Below are positions 36,346-44,675 of a stretch of 64,000 nucleotides of DNA, in pieces. The DNA is from Acidobacteriota bacterium. GTDB taxonomy: Bacteria > Acidobacteriota > Thermoanaerobaculia > Multivoradales > JAGPDF01. A model generated the notes under the pieces. It was not told the DNA's origin. It saw only the letters and a program-made list of their open reading frames with translations, and searched no databases. A program made the translations under genes and the position numbers. The first letter of the stretch is position 1. Each line of letters begins with the position of its first letter. Location of the stretch: NCBI GenBank assembly GCA_045862895.1, contig BTUO01000007.1, forward strand, positions 169,020 to 233,019. Direction: 5' to 3'.

Positions 36346-39267
36346 ATGCAGAAGGCCGGCAAGTACGAGATCGTCCGCAAGATCGGCGCCGGGGGCTTCG
36401 GCGTCGTCTACGAAGGTCGCGACCCGTTCATCAAGCGGCGGGTCGCGATCAAGACGTGCACCACCGAGGACGAGGAGATCCGCCAGCGGTTCTACCGCGA
36501 GGCCGAGATCGCCGGCAATCTTCAGCACAAGAACATCGTCACGATCCACGACTTCGGCATCGAGGAGGGGGTCCCCTACCTCGTCCAGGAGTACCTGACC
36601 GGCGAGGACCTCGAGCACGTCATCGCGCGCGGCGCCCCGATCGCGCTCGAGCGCAAGCTCGACATCCTGATCCAGGTCGCGCACGGCATGGACCACGCCC
36701 ACGCCGCGGGCGTGATCCATCGCGACATCAAGCCGGCCAACGTCCGCCTGCTCGACGACGGCCGGGTCAAGATCCTCGACTTCGGAATCGCCAAGCTCGC
36801 CCACGTCGAGAGTCGGCTGACCAAGGAGGGGATGACGGTCGGCACCGCCGCCTACCTGCCCCCCGAGCAGATCCGTGGCGAGAAGATCGACTTCCGCTCC
36901 GACGTCTTCTCCTTCGGCGTGCTCGCCTACGAGCTGCTGGCGATGGTGCGGCCGTTCGACGGCAAGACCCTGTCGACGCTGCTCTTCCAGATCCTCTCGC
37001 AGGTGCCCAGGCCGCTGGCGGAGGCCTTCCCGGGCGCGCCGCCGCGGCTCGCCGCGCTGGTCGACAGCTGCCTCGACAAGGAGGTCGCGAAGCGCTGCGC
37101 CTCCTTCGCCGAGGTCTCCACCGAGCTCGAGGCGACCCTCGCCGAGCTGCCCGCCGACGACGGCGCCGCGGCGGCCGGGGCCACCCTCATCCTGTCGAAG
37201 CCGGAGGTCGACCCGCGCGCGGCCCTCCAGCCGCTGGTCGAGCAGGTGCGCCGGGCGCTCGCGGCCGGCGACCTGACCACCGCCGAGATCGAGATCGGCC
37301 GGGCGCGCGAGAACTGGGGGAGCCAGGGCCCGGCCGAGGAGATCCTGGCGCCGCTCGGCGCCGAGGTCGCCCGCGAGCGCGAGCGCCGCGACGAGCAGCG
37401 CCGCCGCGAGAGCCGGCTGCGCGAGCTGATCGACACCGCCGCCGCCGAGATGGGCGCGGCGCGCCCCGAACGCGCGGCCGAGCTGGCGCGCCAGGCGCTC
37501 GCCGTCGACGCCGGCTCGGCCGAGGCGCGCAGGCTGCTCGACGAGGCCGAGGCCGCCGTCCGCCTCGCGGCGGAGCGCGAGCGCCTCCGCCGCGAAGCCG
37601 AGGCGCTGGCTCGGGCCGAGGCCGATCGCGCGAAGCGCCACGCCGCGTTCGCCGACGAGATCGACGGGGCGATCGCCCAGGCCGCCTTCGCCCGGGCCGA
37701 GAAGGCGATCGCCCGCGCCGAAGCCGAGCTCGGCGCCGGCGCCTTCGAGGACCGGCGCCGCCGGTTGACCGAGCGGCGCGATGCCGCGCTCGAGGCCGAG
37801 CGACGGGAGGCGGAGCGCCTGCGCCTCGAGCGCGAGGAATCGGAGCGCCGCAAGGCCGCGGAGGACGAGCGCAAGCGCATCGAGCGCGCCGAGGCGGAGC
37901 GCCGGAAGGCCGAAGAAGCCGAGCGCCGGCGTGCCGAAGCGCGCGCCGCGGCCGAGCGGCGCGAGGCCGAGGCCCGCGCCGAGGCCGAGAAGCGCCGGGC
38001 CGAGCAACAGGCCGCCGCCGAGCGCAAGGCGGCCGCGGCGCGAGCCGCCGCCGAGCGCCGCGAGGTCGAGGCGAAAGCGGCCGCCGAGAAGCGCGAGGCC
38101 GAGCGGCAGGCCGCCGCCGAAGCCGCGCGCGAGAAGGCGCTGCGCCAGGCCGCCGCGAAGGTCGAGCAGCGTCTCGCGGCAGGCGACCTGGCACGCGCCC
38201 GGCGCGAGCTCGACAAGGCGCTCGCCGGGCAGGGCGACGCCGCGCCCCTCGCCGCCCTGGCGTCGCGCCTGGCCGCGGCCGAGGCCGAGTCTGCCAGCGA
38301 ACGACAGCGACTCGAGCGCGAGCGAGCCGACCGCGAGCGCGCCGCGGCGCTCGAGGCGACCACCGGCAGCGCCGTGCCCTCCGGCTCCTTCGCCAGCCCG
38401 GGCTCCTCGATGTCGAAGTCGGGGCGGCGGGTCGCGGGGTTGGCCGCGGCGGCCGGCATCGCGGGGGTGGCGCTCGTCTCCTGGCTGGTCTTCGGTCGCG
38501 GCGATCGCTCGCCGACCGAGACCGGGGTCGGTCCTGGCGCCGAAGCCGAAGTCGTGGCCGCGTCGCCCGCCACGGCGCCGGCGGGCTCTTCCCCACTCGC
38601 GACGCAACCCGCGGCGCCGGAGTCGCGGCCGGCCACCGACGCCGCGCCGCCGCCGTCTCCGGCGATCGTCTCGCCCGCGCCCGAAGCGGCGCCGGAGGAG
38701 GCCGATCCGGTCCGTCCCGTCGAGGCGTCGCCGACCCGTCCCGAGCCGTACCTGCCGGCGCCGGCGGTCGACCCGTCGCCGGTCGTCGAGCGCCCCGCGC
38801 CCGTCGCGCCGCCGATCCCGGAGCCGACCGCAACGCGTCCCGAAGCACGCCCCGAACCGGCGCCGCCGATCGAGGAGCGCCCGGAGCCGGCGCCGAGCGC
38901 ACCGGCCGAGGTCCGCCCCGAGCCGGTACCCGCCGCCGACCCGACCGTCGGCGTGCGCGCCGCGCTCGAGCGCTACCGCGCCGCCTACCAGGCGCTCGAC
39001 GCGGCCGCGGTCCAGGCGGCGTGGCCGGGCCTCGACGCCAATGCCCGGCGCCAGATCGCCCGCGCCTTCGAGGGTTACCACTCGATCGCGATGAGCCTCG
39101 AGGACTGCCGCTACGAGGTCGAGGGCGAGCGCGCCACGGCGCGCTGCCGCGTGACCCAGACGATCGACGTCAAGGTCGGCCGCGACCTCGAGTCGACCCA
39201 GGACGTGGTCTTCGGGCTGCGCCGCGCGGGCGCCGGGTGGGTGATCCAGGAGCGCACCGCGCGCTGA
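36346..39267 (+). CDS. membrane Ser/Thr protein kinase with long TolA-like helical region, Pro-rich linker and C-terminal NTF2/SnoaL-like domain
   Basis: IGAGGFGVVY, VAIK, HRDIKPAN, DFG, YLPPEQ. E/R/A/K coiled coil, TM, Pro-rich stalk. TG-C-TACGCT -10 at 36322-36330. Confidence 0.9.
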   Translation: MQKAGKYEIVRKIGAGGFGVVYEGRDPFIKRRVAIKTCTTEDEEIRQRFYREAEIAGNLQHKNIVTIHDFGIEEGVPYLVQEYLTGEDLEHVIARGAPIALERKLDILIQVAHGMDHAHAAGVIHRDIKPANVRLLDDGRVKILDFGIAKLAHVESRLTKEGMTVGTAAYLPPEQIRGEKIDFRSDVFSFGVLAYELLAMVRPFDGKTLSTLLFQILSQVPRPLAEAFPGAPPRLAALVDSCLDKEVAKRCASFAEVSTELEATLAELPADDGAAAAGATLILSKPEVDPRAALQPLVEQVRRALAAGDLTTAEIEIGRARENWGSQGPAEEILAPLGAEVARERERRDEQRRRESRLRELIDTAAAEMGAARPERAAELARQALAVDAGSAEARRLLDEAEAAVRLAAERERLRREAEALARAEADRAKRHAAFADEIDGAIAQAAFARAEKAIARAEAELGAGAFEDRRRRLTERRDAALEAERREAERLRLEREESERRKAAEDERKRIERAEAERRKAEEAERRRAEARAAAERREAEARAEAEKRRAEQQAAAERKAAAARAAAERREVEAKAAAEKREAERQAAAEAAREKALRQAAAKVEQRLAAGDLARARRELDKALAGQGDAAPLAALASRLAAAEAESASERQRLERERADRERAAALEATTGSAVPSGSFASPGSSMSKSGRRVAGLAAAAGIAGVALVSWLVFGRGDRSPTETGVGPGAEAEVVAASPATAPAGSSPLATQPAAPESRPATDAAPPPSPAIVSPAPEAAPEEADPVRPVEASPTRPEPYLPAPAVDPSPVVERPAPVAPPIPEPTATRPEARPEPAPPIEERPEPAPSAPAEVRPEPVPAADPTVGVRAALERYRAAYQALDAAAVQAAWPGLDANARRQIARAFEGYHSIAMSLEDCRYEVEGERATARCRVTQTIDVKVGRDLESTQDVVFGLRRAGAGWVIQERTAR

Positions 39268-39293
39268 GCGCGCGGTGCGGCCCCCCCCTCGCA

Positions 39294-40607
39294 TCAGAAG
39301 CTGTAGTCGATCCCGAACAGCGGGATGATGCCGTCGTCCTGCAGCCCGTCGTCGGACATCGACACGATGGCGTTCAAGCTGATCAGGAAGTTCCCGCCCG
39401 GGTTCCAGCGCACTCCGAACGAGCCGAGCAGCAGGTTCAGGTCGTCCTGCCCGAACTCGAGGTCGGCGACCTGCGCGGTCTCGACCGGCGCGCCGGTCGC
39501 GGTGGTGAACTGGACCGTGCGGTCGACCGACTGGATGGTGCGCGCGTCGCGCAGAACCCGGCCGACGACGTCGGCGGCGAAGGTCAGGCGCGGATGCGCG
39601 GCCCAGTCGAAGCCGGCCGCGTAGTTGATCTCGTCCGGCACGTCGCCGCCCGAAGAGACCGTGTAGCCGAGATTGCCGTGCGGCGAGAAGCTTCCGAACG
39701 TGGTCGAGCCGACCAGCAGCAGCTTGCCCTGGGTGGCGCCGGTGCCCAGCAGGTCCTGCTCGTCGCCGGTGGGCAGCCGCAGGTCGAGTGCCGCCGCCAG
39801 GCCCGAGCCGCCGTCGCCCGCCAGCCGGTACTTGCCGCGCAGCACGACGTCGCCGATCCCCGAGGCGCTCCCTTCCGCGAAGTGGGACTCGGTGGTCGAG
39901 CCGTTGCGGAAGCGGTGGATCGAAGAGGCCTGGCCGGTCGCGAGCCGGTTGATCGAGAGCACCGCCTCGGCCTCGAGCTCGACGTCGAGCACCGGAATCG
40001 CCAGCGACAGGTCGAGCCGGTCGGTGGCGCCGTAGCTGACGAAGAAGACCGCGGTCGAGGTGTCGAGCCGGATCCGCGACGCCGCCTCGATGACGTCGCC
40101 CTCGAAGAAGAGCGAAGTCGTCGACCCGTCGTGGTTGGTGTCCTCGTGGAACAGCGGGAAGGCGATCTCGCCCTCCTCGAGGTCCAGGTCGTCGAGCTTG
40201 TCGTAGCTCGCCTCCTGGTAGCTGAAACCGGTGTTCCACTTGCCGCGGCCGAGCGACTGGGCGCGCTCGGCGTAGATCGGGCCGAACGACTCGGAGGTGC
40301 GGTTGAAGATGCCGAGCGCCGGGTCGTAGGCGTAGGTGAAGCCGCCCGCCGAGGAGCCGAGCGGGAAGGTCGCGAGCTGCGTCGCCAGGCTCTCGTTGAT
40401 CAGCCGGCCCGCGTTGCGCAGCCGGTCCTCCTGGTCGACGAAGTGGGCGGCGTGGCTCGGGAATCCGGGCGGCGGGTCGGCCAGGATGATGCGCTGGTCG
40501 AAAAGACTGGGCAGCAAGCTCGCCAGATCGTCCGCGGCGGCGGGCGCCGCGATCGCGACGAGGGCGAGGACGGCGACGAGACAACGGGCGAACGACGAAA
40601 GGCGCAT
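39294..40607 (-). CDS. outer-membrane beta-barrel protein (MetA-pathway-of-phenol-degradation 'transporter'-like)
   Basis: Signal peptide, GIGDVVLRGKY, LRLPTGDEQDLLGTG, alternating amphipathic strands, C-terminal Phe (GIDYSF). Confidence 0.8.
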   Translation of the reverse strand: MRLSSFARCLVAVLALVAIAAPAAADDLASLLPSLFDQRIILADPPPGFPSHAAHFVDQEDRLRNAGRLINESLATQLATFPLGSSAGGFTYAYDPALGIFNRTSESFGPIYAERAQSLGRGKWNTGFSYQEASYDKLDDLDLEEGEIAFPLFHEDTNHDGSTTSLFFEGDVIEAASRIRLDTSTAVFFVSYGATDRLDLSLAIPVLDVELEAEAVLSINRLATGQASSIHRFRNGSTTESHFAEGSASGIGDVVLRGKYRLAGDGGSGLAAALDLRLPTGDEQDLLGTGATQGKLLLVGSTTFGSFSPHGNLGYTVSSGGDVPDEINYAAGFDWAAHPRLTFAADVVGRVLRDARTIQSVDRTVQFTTATGAPVETAQVADLEFGQDDLNLLLGSFGVRWNPGGNFLISLNAIVSMSDDGLQDDGIIPLFGIDYSF

Positions 40608-40649
40608 GTGCGTCTCCTCCGGACAGCGGGACTCGAGGGCTTCGCGGGC

Positions 40650-40679
40650 ATCCTAGGGAGCCGCGGAAGACGGTGTCAA
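40650..40679 (-). promoter_or_regulatory. sigma70 promoter of the beta-barrel gene
   Basis: TTGACA-N18-TAGGAT on the minus strand. SD GGAGGAG before ATG 40607. Confidence 0.7.
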
Positions 40680-40774
40680 GGCGCGGGCCTTCGGCACCGG
40701 GCTCCGCCCGGCCCCGGTCTCCCCGCCCTCCCGGAGCACCGCGTTTCGCGCGCGGACCGGCCAGGCCGCCGCGG

Positions 40775-41224
40775 TCAGACGCGCAGCCAGTCGGCGCGCC
40801 AGTCGCGCACCGCCCGCTTGATCGAGTCCCCCGTGGCGAGCCGACCGTCCAGGACGGCGCGCACCAGCTCGGGCAGCTCGGCGTCGCTCGCGAAGCGCAG
40901 GGCGACCAGCTGCCGGGTGTCGAGCTCCTCGATGCGCGAGCGCAGCTCTTCGGGCAGGAGCCGAGCGAGGCGCAACCGCTCCTCGAGCCGGATCACCCGG
41001 TTCTGGACGACCAGCGCGTTGATCCGCACGTACCAGGCGAAGATCCCCGCGCAGCCGGCGAGCAGCACGGCGACTGCGCCCAGCAGCGAGGGCCGCAGCA
41101 CGACCTCGACGACCGCGCCGAGGGCGGCGATGGCGAGCAGGACGCAGGCTCCGAGGTACGGCATCGGCAGCCGGCGGACGTGATTCGAGTAGGTTTGCGG
41201 CGGGACGGTCGGCGGCATCGGCAT
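40775..41224 (-). CDS. DUF6526 family membrane protein
   Basis: QTYSNH, QNRVIRLEERLRL, QLVALRFASDAEL, IKRAVRDWRADWLRV. 149 aa. Confidence 0.85.
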   Translation of the reverse strand: MPMPPTVPPQTYSNHVRRLPMPYLGACVLLAIAALGAVVEVVLRPSLLGAVAVLLAGCAGIFAWYVRINALVVQNRVIRLEERLRLARLLPEELRSRIEELDTRQLVALRFASDAELPELVRAVLDGRLATGDSIKRAVRDWRADWLRV

Positions 41225-41295
41225 CTCCTCGCGTCGACGAGCGGATCGACGGCGGGAGACTAGCGCGCCACCGTCTCCGGGCGTCGCGAGCGGAC

Positions 41296-42552
41296 TCAGC
41301 TTCCGAATCGGTCGGGCCGGAAGGGCGCCGGATCGAAGCTCGGCGCCGCGCCCGACATCAGCTCGGCGAGCAGCCGTCCGGTGGCGGGCGCGGTCTTCAA
41401 GCCGGTCATCTGGTGACCGGTCGCGAGCCAGAGATTCTCGGCCGCCGGCGACCGCCCGATCGCCGGCAGGCCGTCGGGCAGCGTCGGGCGCAGTCCGCGC
41501 CAGACCTCGGTCGGCGCGAGCGGCTCGGCGAGGCCGAGCGCGGCGCGCGCGCCGGCGGCGATCGCGGCCACCCGGCTCTCGGTGATCGAGAAGTCGAGGT
41601 CGACCAGCTCGAGGGTGCCGGACAGACGCAGGCGCTCGTCGTGCGGCGTCACCGCGATCTTGCGGTCGGCGAGCTGGTACGCCCGGCGCGGCATGCGCTC
41701 GATCGGCGGCACCAGCAGCGTGTAGCCCTTGGCGCCGAGCATCGGCAGGCGCACGCCGAGCTCGGCCGCGAGCCGGCCCGACCAGGCGCCGGCGGCGATC
41801 ACCACCTCGTCCGCGCGGAAGACACCGCGCGTCGTCTCGAGCTCGGCGACGCGCGAACCCGAGCGCCGGAACTTCCACGCCTCGGCCCCTTCGACGAAGT
41901 GGACCCCGTGCCGGCTCGCCTCCGCAGCGAGCGCCGCGACCGCGAGCGCCGGCTCGCAGTGCCCTTCGTTCGAGTAGAAGTACGCCCCCGCCACCGGCCC
42001 GGCGAGGGCGGGCTCGCGCTCGCGCACCTCGTCGGCCGTCCAGGTCTCGACGACGACGCCGAAGCGGGAGACCAGATCCGCCTTCGAACGGCCGGCGGCG
42101 AAGCTCGCCGGCGACTCGAAGACCTGCAGCAGGCCGGTGTCCCGGAAGCCGAACGAATCCGGTCCGCGGCGCGCGAGCTCGGCCCAGAAATCGACGCTCG
42201 AACGCGAGAGGGAGACCAGCGCCTCGGTGCCGCGCTCGAAGCGGCGGCGCGAGGTGGCCGCCAGGAAGCCGGCCAGCCAGCGCGCGAGGTCGAGACTCCA
42301 GCGCGGCTCGATGTAGAGCGGGCTCGAGGAATCGAACAGCCAGAGCAGCGCCTTGGGGAAGAGCCCGGGCGCCGGCAGCGGCAGCGAGACCGACGGCGTC
42401 AGGAGCCCGGCGTTGCCGGAGGAGCACGCCGCTCCGACCCGGTCGCGCTCGAGCACCGTGACCTCCGCCCCCCGCCGCGCCAGCTCGAGCGCGCAGGCGA
42501 TGCCCACCACGCCGCCACCGACCACCACCACGTCCCGCCCCTCGCTCGCCAC
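41296..42552 (-). CDS. D-amino acid dehydrogenase-like FAD oxidoreductase (DadA/DAO family)
   Basis: VVGGGVVG, CSSGNAG, GAKGY, WRGLRPTLPDGLPAIG, ATGHQMTG. 418 aa. Confidence 0.9.
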   Translation of the reverse strand: MASEGRDVVVVGGGVVGIACALELARRGAEVTVLERDRVGAACSSGNAGLLTPSVSLPLPAPGLFPKALLWLFDSSSPLYIEPRWSLDLARWLAGFLAATSRRRFERGTEALVSLSRSSVDFWAELARRGPDSFGFRDTGLLQVFESPASFAAGRSKADLVSRFGVVVETWTADEVREREPALAGPVAGAYFYSNEGHCEPALAVAALAAEASRHGVHFVEGAEAWKFRRSGSRVAELETTRGVFRADEVVIAAGAWSGRLAAELGVRLPMLGAKGYTLLVPPIERMPRRAYQLADRKIAVTPHDERLRLSGTLELVDLDFSITESRVAAIAAGARAALGLAEPLAPTEVWRGLRPTLPDGLPAIGRSPAAENLWLATGHQMTGLKTAPATGRLLAELMSGAAPSFDPAPFRPDRFGS

Positions 42553-42694
42553 GTCGCACCCCCGCCAGCAAGCCTAGCTTCCGCCTCGGCTTCGACTCCT
42601 GCCCCCGCGGGTAGTCGTGTTCCGCCGGCCCTTGTCAGCTCGGGCGCGGAGGTCCAGAATGACCGGACCGGTCGCCCCTGCCGAGGAGACTCTC

Positions 42695-44665
42695 GTGCCG
42701 AAACTCAGCTTCGCCTGCGCTCTCGCCCTCCTGCTCGGATCCGCCGCGCTCGAAGCGCAGACCTGCGTCCCCCACCTGCTCGGCGCCGACCGCCGCGGAC
42801 CGGCCCAGTCGATCTCGCGGACCGGCTCGACGCTCTACGTCGGCACCGGCGCGGCGCTGCTCGTCGTCGACGTCACCGACCGCGCGAACCCGGTCGAGCG
42901 CGGCTACGTCAATCTGGACGGTATCGTCCGCGACGTCGCCGCCGCCGGCTCGATCGCGGTGGTGCTCGCGGATTCCGGCCTCTTCTTCGTCGACGCTACC
43001 GATCCGGAGGAACCGATGCTCGCGGGCTGGTGGCCGATTCCTGCGCTCTGGTACGTGCGCCACATCGACGCTCGCGGCACGCTCGTCTACCTTCCGGCCG
43101 CCGACGGCCTCCATATCGTCGATTTCACGGATCCGGCGGGCGCCGCTCAGGTCGGCTTCCTCGCTACGCTCGACTCCCGCGACGTCGTGACCCGGAGCCC
43201 GACCCGCGCCTACATCGTCGGCAACGGTTCGCTCCACGCCATCGACATCTCGATTCCCTCGGCACCCACGGTCGTCTCGTCGACCGCCCTCCCCAACGGC
43301 GCCGATGCGGCACTGGCCATCGGTCCCAATGGCGGCCGCCTGGCGGCCTGGCGCAACTACTCTTCTCACCACCCGTGGAGCGACGTCGCGCTCTTCGATC
43401 TCTCCGACGCAGATCAACCGGTCTTTCGATGGGGAACTTCGGGTGAACCGATCTCAGCGCTGACGATCGCAGGCGACCGCGCCTATATCGGGAGCTCGAT
43501 CTACCGCATCTCGAATCCGGCGCAGCCGACTTGGCTCGGTGAGCTTGGAGTCGACGCTCCGAGCAGTCATGCGCCCACCGGCAACCCGGATCTGCTCTAT
43601 GTCGCGGACTCGACCCGGGGAGTCGCGACGATGAACGTCTCCGACGGCGGCTCCGTCGTCGAGGTCGACCTCGTCGCACTGCCGACCGAGACGATCGACG
43701 GCTACGTCGCTGGAGGATCCGCGGTGATCCTGGAACGGAGTGGACTGCGCGTCGCGAACCTGAACGCTCCGGACTTGCTCGAGCCGGTCGGAGACCTCCG
43801 ATTGCCCCAGACCTGGCTCTCGAACATCACGCGGATCTCGACTCACGCCGTCGTCGTCGGGTACTTCGACGACGGACCCAACGTGATGCGTCTCGTCGAC
43901 TTGGCGAATCCGGCCGAGCCGACACTCGGCGTGACGCTGCCCACTCTCGCCGAACGACCTCCGGTCGTCGATCAGAACCTGCTCCTGGCCATGTCCAGAT
44001 GCTCGGGTAGCCGTTCCGTCGCCATCTACGATGTCTCGGAACCTGCGCTGCCGATTCTCGTTACGGAGCTCGAGACCGAATCGGAGTGTCTGTACCCCGA
44101 CCTCGCTGCCGACGGCGACCGACTCTACGTCTGGCGTGAAGTCGATCCCTATCCGATCGGACACTACGTTTTCACAGTGTTCGACATCTCGGTGCCCGAT
44201 GCCCCGGTCGAGCTCGCGAGATCGAGCACCGAGAACCATTGGGGCTCCAGCGTCGCCCGCGGACACAGGCTGGTGCTCACCGAGGACGAGCGGCTCGACG
44301 TGCTCGATCTCGCCGACCCTGCGACGCCCGTCCTCCGCGGTTCGGTGCCTCTGCGAGAATCACGCGGGGTCTCCACCGAGCAGGTCCGCCTGTACGGCAG
44401 CCGCGCCGGGCTTCCGCGACGCGGTCGCGACGCGAACGGCAATCGGGACGATCGTCCGAGCCTCGTCGATATCTCCGATCCTGCGGCACCCTTCGAGTGG
44501 GCGGCGCTCGACACGCCCGGCACCGGCGACAGCATCTTCTTCGGACCCGGAGTCGTCGTCGTGGCCGACGGCGCGGCCGGAATCTCGATCTTCGAGTCCT
44601 GCGTTCCCTTCGCCGACGGCTTCGAGTCGGGCGATACGTCGGAGTGGAGCCTGCTCGAACCGTAG
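42695..44665 (+). CDS. secreted LVIVD-repeat beta-propeller protein with FADGFESG tail (paralog B)
   Basis: GTG start with GAGGAG SD; TTGTCA-N17-CAGAAT upstream. Signal peptide, about 13 LVIVD-like repeats. Ends CVPFADGFESGDTSEWSLLEP. Confidence 0.88.
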   Translation: MPKLSFACALALLLGSAALEAQTCVPHLLGADRRGPAQSISRTGSTLYVGTGAALLVVDVTDRANPVERGYVNLDGIVRDVAAAGSIAVVLADSGLFFVDATDPEEPMLAGWWPIPALWYVRHIDARGTLVYLPAADGLHIVDFTDPAGAAQVGFLATLDSRDVVTRSPTRAYIVGNGSLHAIDISIPSAPTVVSSTALPNGADAALAIGPNGGRLAAWRNYSSHHPWSDVALFDLSDADQPVFRWGTSGEPISALTIAGDRAYIGSSIYRISNPAQPTWLGELGVDAPSSHAPTGNPDLLYVADSTRGVATMNVSDGGSVVEVDLVALPTETIDGYVAGGSAVILERSGLRVANLNAPDLLEPVGDLRLPQTWLSNITRISTHAVVVGYFDDGPNVMRLVDLANPAEPTLGVTLPTLAERPPVVDQNLLLAMSRCSGSRSVAIYDVSEPALPILVTELETESECLYPDLAADGDRLYVWREVDPYPIGHYVFTVFDISVPDAPVELARSSTENHWGSSVARGHRLVLTEDERLDVLDLADPATPVLRGSVPLRESRGVSTEQVRLYGSRAGLPRRGRDANGNRDDRPSLVDISDPAAPFEWAALDTPGTGDSIFFGPGVVVVADGAAGISIFESCVPFADGFESGDTSEWSLLEP

Positions 44666-44675
44666 CCGTTCTTCG

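Noticed and set aside
37700-38945. Repetitive GCCGAG/GAGCG and CCG-rich DNA as possible CRISPR or tandem repeat element
   Set aside because: It encodes the coiled-coil and Pro-rich parts of the kinase. There is no fixed repeat-spacer periodicity and no cas genes.
32821-39267. 2148-aa ORF suggesting a peptidase-kinase fusion
   Set aside because: The first 1175 codons are an off-frame shadow of the peptidase. A terminator and a separate promoter lie before the kinase ATG at 36346.
36277-41183. Long antisense and alternative-frame ORFs (1435 aa, 1620 aa) and similar ones across the window
   Set aside because: Stop-codon scarcity in very GC-rich DNA. No motifs, and they fully overlap well-supported genes.
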